Shown here piece by piece: positions 60,457-64,000 of a stretch of DNA of 64,000 bases. Position numbers and translations under genes: made by a program. Source of the stretch: Aureliella sp. GTDB taxonomy: Bacteria; Planctomycetota; Planctomycetia; Pirellulales; Pirellulaceae. Under the pieces are notes generated by a model. It worked only from the letters and a program-made list of their open reading frames with translations, ran no database searches and was not told the origin of the DNA. The DNA is taken from contig OY829846.1 of the NCBI GenBank assembly GCA_963691875.1, forward strand, positions 1,024,001 through 1,088,000. Reading direction: 5' to 3'. Positions within the stretch are counted from its first letter, which is position 1. Every line of letters begins with the position of its first letter.

Positions 60457-62394
60457 TTAGTCGGTTCGCGACTCAAGCTCCTCCCAGCGCACGTAGGCTT
60501 TCGAAAGCCTGGTTTCTTGCTCCTGCAACTCGCTCTGCTTCGCAGCAATGACATCGCCAGCTTGCTTATAGAAATCCGCATCTGCCATCGCAGAGTGAAT
60601 CTCCTGAATGCCGGTCTCTAGCTCCTCGATGATTGCTGGAAGTTCTTCGAGCTCCTTGGTTTCTTTGAAACTCAACTTCTTGGGCTTTGCTTTCTGTACT
60701 GGGCTTAAATCCGCCTTCGAACCAACACCAGAAACCTCCTTTTTGTTGGACTCAACCGGCTTCGCCTTGCTGGAACCCGCAGGCGTTCTCTCGGCACATT
60801 GACGCTGCCAGTCGTCGTAACCGCCAACATATTCCAGCACTTGGAATTCATCCGCCGCTCCACCTCGCGGCTCGAAAGCGAAAATACTGGTTGCGACATT
60901 ATTTAGGAACTCGCGATCGTGGCTCACCACTAAAATCGTACCCTTGAACTCAACCAAACGCTCCTCCAGCAATTCCATCGTTTCTGCGTCCAAGTCGTTC
61001 GTTGGTTCGTCGAGCACGATGACGTTGGCGGGTTTCGCGAACAGCTTGGCGAGCAAGATTCTATTCACTTCACCGCCACTCAGAAATTGAATTTTGGTGC
61101 GAGCTCGTTCCGGCGTAAACAGAAAATCTTGCAGGTAACCCAAGACATGTTTCGTGCCTCCCTGCATCTCGATTGTCTGGTAACCATCAGCGACTTCCTG
61201 CTCGATGGTATTATCCGGATCAAGCTGTTGCCGAAGTTGATCGAAGTAGGCAATCTGCAGATTCGCCCCTAGTCGCACCGAGCCTTGATCAGGTTGAAGC
61301 TGCCCCAGCAGAACGCGTAGCAGTGTCGTCTTGCCCACACCATTGGGTCCCACAATCCCTATCTTCTCGCCTCGCATTACCGTGCATCCGAAGCCCCCAA
61401 GTATTTCGCGAGCTGCAAGAGATCGGTTGGAGGCAGACTCACTGGTTTGCGCGTCGTCTTTAACTGCATGAAAGGACTCACTAGCTTGCGCGTCCCGCTT
61501 GTATTTGAAATGAAGGTCCTGTGCTTTGAGGATCAAGTTGCCGCTGCGCATCGCCTCCTGGATGTGGAGATTGCTGGTCCCAACTTGCTCACGCCGCTCA
61601 CTTCGAATTTTTCGCAGTTCTTTCAAGGCTCGAACTCGGCCTTCGTTTCGCGTTCGTCGCGCCTTGATGCCTTGACGTCTCCAGGCCTCTTCCTCTGCCA
61701 ACTTCTTATCAAAGAGCTTCTCTTGTTTCTCGCGAGCAGCCAGGTCGGCTTCTTTGCGTTTCAAGAACGTTTCGTAATCGCAACTCCAGTCAAAAAGCTG
61801 TCCACGATCAATCTCTAGAATTCGGGTCGCCAGTCGTCGCAAGAACTGGCGGTCGTGAGTGATGAAAATGTACCCGGCGTCATAGCGATCCAGAAAATCC
61901 TCGAGCCATCGAATGGAGTCCAAATCCAGGTGGTTGGTGGGTTCGTCAAGCAGCAGTAGGTCTGGCTTCTGCACCAAAGCCCGCGCTAGTAAAACTCGGC
62001 GTTTCATTCCCGCCGACATCGCGCCGACTTGCAGGTCGGGCTGCAGGTCCATCCGAGACAAAATCTGCTCGGTCAAATGGTCCTTTTCCCAATCATCGAT
62101 ATCCTGCCCAGGAAGCGCTACGACGCCTTCGCGAACAAGCGGAAAAACTTTTCCTTGCATGTCCTGGGGGACAATCTGAGGCAGCTGAGCAATACGAGCA
62201 TCTGGATTTGGGACAACCCGCCCATGATCTGGCTGCACCATGCCGGCGATAAGTTTCAAAAAGGTCGACTTGCCAGCACCATTTCGACCAAGCAATCCCA
62301 CTCGCTGCGTTGCCTCGACGATGCAGTCCACGTCATCGAGCAACGCGGGACCTCGATAGCGTATGGTGACTTTTTCCAGGCTGACCAGCGGCAT
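60457..62394 (-). CDS. uup: ABC-F family ATPase, Uup-like
   Basis: Two ABC domains (GRNGAGKS, GPNGVGKT; LDEPTN twice), linker QGIKARRTRNEGRVRAL, C-terminal KLSFKE..RWEELE. Confidence 0.88.
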   Translation of the reverse strand: MPLVSLEKVTIRYRGPALLDDVDCIVEATQRVGLLGRNGAGKSTFLKLIAGMVQPDHGRVVPNPDARIAQLPQIVPQDMQGKVFPLVREGVVALPGQDIDDWEKDHLTEQILSRMDLQPDLQVGAMSAGMKRRVLLARALVQKPDLLLLDEPTNHLDLDSIRWLEDFLDRYDAGYIFITHDRQFLRRLATRILEIDRGQLFDWSCDYETFLKRKEADLAAREKQEKLFDKKLAEEEAWRRQGIKARRTRNEGRVRALKELRKIRSERREQVGTSNLHIQEAMRSGNLILKAQDLHFKYKRDAQASESFHAVKDDAQTSESASNRSLAAREILGGFGCTVMRGEKIGIVGPNGVGKTTLLRVLLGQLQPDQGSVRLGANLQIAYFDQLRQQLDPDNTIEQEVADGYQTIEMQGGTKHVLGYLQDFLFTPERARTKIQFLSGGEVNRILLAKLFAKPANVIVLDEPTNDLDAETMELLEERLVEFKGTILVVSHDREFLNNVATSIFAFEPRGGAADEFQVLEYVGGYDDWQRQCAERTPAGSSKAKPVESNKKEVSGVGSKADLSPVQKAKPKKLSFKETKELEELPAIIEELETGIQEIHSAMADADFYKQAGDVIAAKQSELQEQETRLSKAYVRWEELESRTD

Positions 62395-62637
62395 TAGGCA
62401 ATCCGTTCGGTGATTCTTTGCAGGAGAGTCCTTATTTTAGGGACGAAGACAAAATCTGATAGGACAGGACGCTGATCAGGGCCGATACAGGGTTCCGACA
62501 CGATTTAGAGTAATCGTTATTTGCCACTAGCAAGCCCATCATCATGAGCCCAATCGAGCGACATTTCAGCCGATGCAGGTCATTCGCTAGGAAAGAAGTC
62601 GATGAATGACCGCTCCTACTTGGCTGAGAGTAGAGTG

Positions 62638-63030
62638 ATGGCAATAGCAGTAGATACAGATCGCCTCATTGTTCTACTGGTCGACGCCGATGTAGACATT
62701 CTTAAGTCTGTCGAATACGACTTTCGACGAGCAGGGGTACAAACGCACTCGGCGATATCAGCCAACGAAGCCTGGGTATTGTTGAAGCATTTCACCGTCG
62801 ACGCTGTGCTCGTTGACAACCGAATGATGGGGCTATCCGACGCAAGTTTTCTGAAAGAACCCAGTCACACTCACCCCCACATTGAGAGATTCATGCTATC
62901 TCGCTAGATTTCTCAGATGCACCACGCTGCATCTCCCGCTATAAACAAATTCCAACACTGCTATGAAAAGCGATGTGATCACAACCGAGTCATCGAGCCA
63001 AGTCATCAAATTCCAGTCCCGGCTCGCAGC
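62638..63030 (+). pseudogene. Stand-alone receiver-domain pseudogene
   Basis: VLLVDAD..DAVLVDNRMMGL..ERFMLSR*, with in-frame continuation ..CYEKRCD (the KP-motif position). TAG at 62905-62907; end approximate. Confidence 0.55.
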
Positions 63031-63149
63031 TCGGATGCCACGCCGCCGGATCGATTCCGGAAATGTATTTCGCCGACAATTCAAGGTTTAGGAATTCTGC
63101 TCATCCCACTAAAAGCTCGCTCAAATCGGCACGGAACCTCCGGCTGAAG

Positions 63150-64000
63150 TCAACCTTTCACACGGAGCAGGCCGAACTTCTTCTTGCCGCGTCGCAGCAC
63201 AATCGTGGATTCACTCGCTAGATCGGCCACGGTCAAGACTTTGTCGTCACCGACCTTTACGTTGTTCACGCTGGCGCCACCTTCTTTCGCAGTACGGCGT
63301 GCATCGCTCTTGCTCGTCGCGACGCCGGCTGCGGCGAGAGCATCAACGATGTTGATCCCATCGGACAAATCGGCTTGAGTGACTTCACCGCTGGGAACGC
63401 CAGAGAAAATCTGGTCGATCTGAGCGTCAGTCATGCCGGTGATTTCTGCCTTGCCGAAGAGGATCTCACGCGCCTTTTCGGCAGTTTGCAGTGCTTCAGC
63501 GCCATGGATGAACTCCGTCAGCCAAGTTGCTAATTTTGTTTGAGCCGCTCGCTTGCCAGGATCTTCTAATGTTTGCTTTTCAAGATCCATGCATTCGTCT
63601 TGATCGATTTCCGTCAAGAACTTGATACACATCATCACATCGGAATCTGGCACGTTGTACCAGTATTGGAAGAACTCGTAGGGCGATGTTCTTCCACCAT
63701 CCAACCAAACAGCACCGTTCGCCGTTTTGCCCATTTTGCTTCCATCACTAGTCAGCAGAAGCGGACAAGTCATCGCTTGCAAATGCTTACCATGCATTCG
63801 ACGCGCGAGGTCAATTCCGGCTGTGATGTTGCCCCATTGATCGCTGCCTCCGACCTGCAGTGCGCAGTCGTACTTCTCGGCTAGGTGGGCAAAATCATAG
63901 GCTTGAAGCAGCATATAGCTAAACTCGGTATAGCTCAGCCCACTATCTTCCTTGCCGAGTCGCGTCTTCACCGAGTCCTTTGCCAACATCACGTTGACAG
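63150..64000 (-). CDS. tyrS: Tyrosine--tRNA ligase (5' part outside the window)
   Basis: SYTEFSYMLLQAYDF, QVGGSDQWGNI, KMGKT, C-terminal S4 domain RRGKK. Confidence 0.97.
   Translation of the reverse strand, partial: VNVMLAKDSVKTRLGKEDSGLSYTEFSYMLLQAYDFAHLAEKYDCALQVGGSDQWGNITAGIDLARRMHGKHLQAMTCPLLLTSDGSKMGKTANGAVWLDGGRTSPYEFFQYWYNVPDSDVMMCIKFLTEIDQDECMDLEKQTLEDPGKRAAQTKLATWLTEFIHGAEALQTAEKAREILFGKAEITGMTDAQIDQIFSGVPSGEVTQADLSDGINIVDALAAAGVATSKSDARRTAKEGGASVNNVKVGDDKVLTVADLASESTIVLRRGKKKFGLLRVKG

Overview
Chromosomal window from a Planctomycetota bacterium, probably Pirellulaceae-like. The assignment is inferred from two PVC-type heme-binding CxxCH proteins, a sulfatase, the long-form adenylate kinase-like protein, GTAG-type palindromic repeats and conserved planctomycete hypotheticals. 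Most genes are housekeeping or metabolic: sdaA, rnpB, YcaQ-family glycosylase, dipeptide epimerase, AGCS symporter, Aas-like ligase, hemL, aldo-keto reductase, inositol monophosphatase, two tatA/B genes, tmk, tnaA, IGHMBP2-like helicase, Zn-dependent dehydrogenase, uup-like ABC-F and partial tyrS. The most interesting locus is 14062-23567. It holds a 1947-aa pseudokinase-AAA-TPR-GAF-HisKA-HATPase-REC-Hpt sensor, divergent from a hotdog-fold/carboxyl-methyltransferase fusion, followed by two divergent FixJ/LuxR-type regulators (one with an aspartate-less receiver). Between the regulators lie three GCGG-N4-CCGC palindromes at an exact 33-bp period. This is a candidate acyl-methyl-ester signalling circuit (inference). 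Other observations are two highly structured leader-RNA candidates, three decayed pseudogenes, three single-base frameshifts at homopolymers (probably sequencing errors), an unannotated 51-aa protein and an (EG)13-tailed lipoprotein. No CRISPR array, tRNA, rRNA or transposase was recognised. All family assignments come from motif recognition by eye, not database searches.
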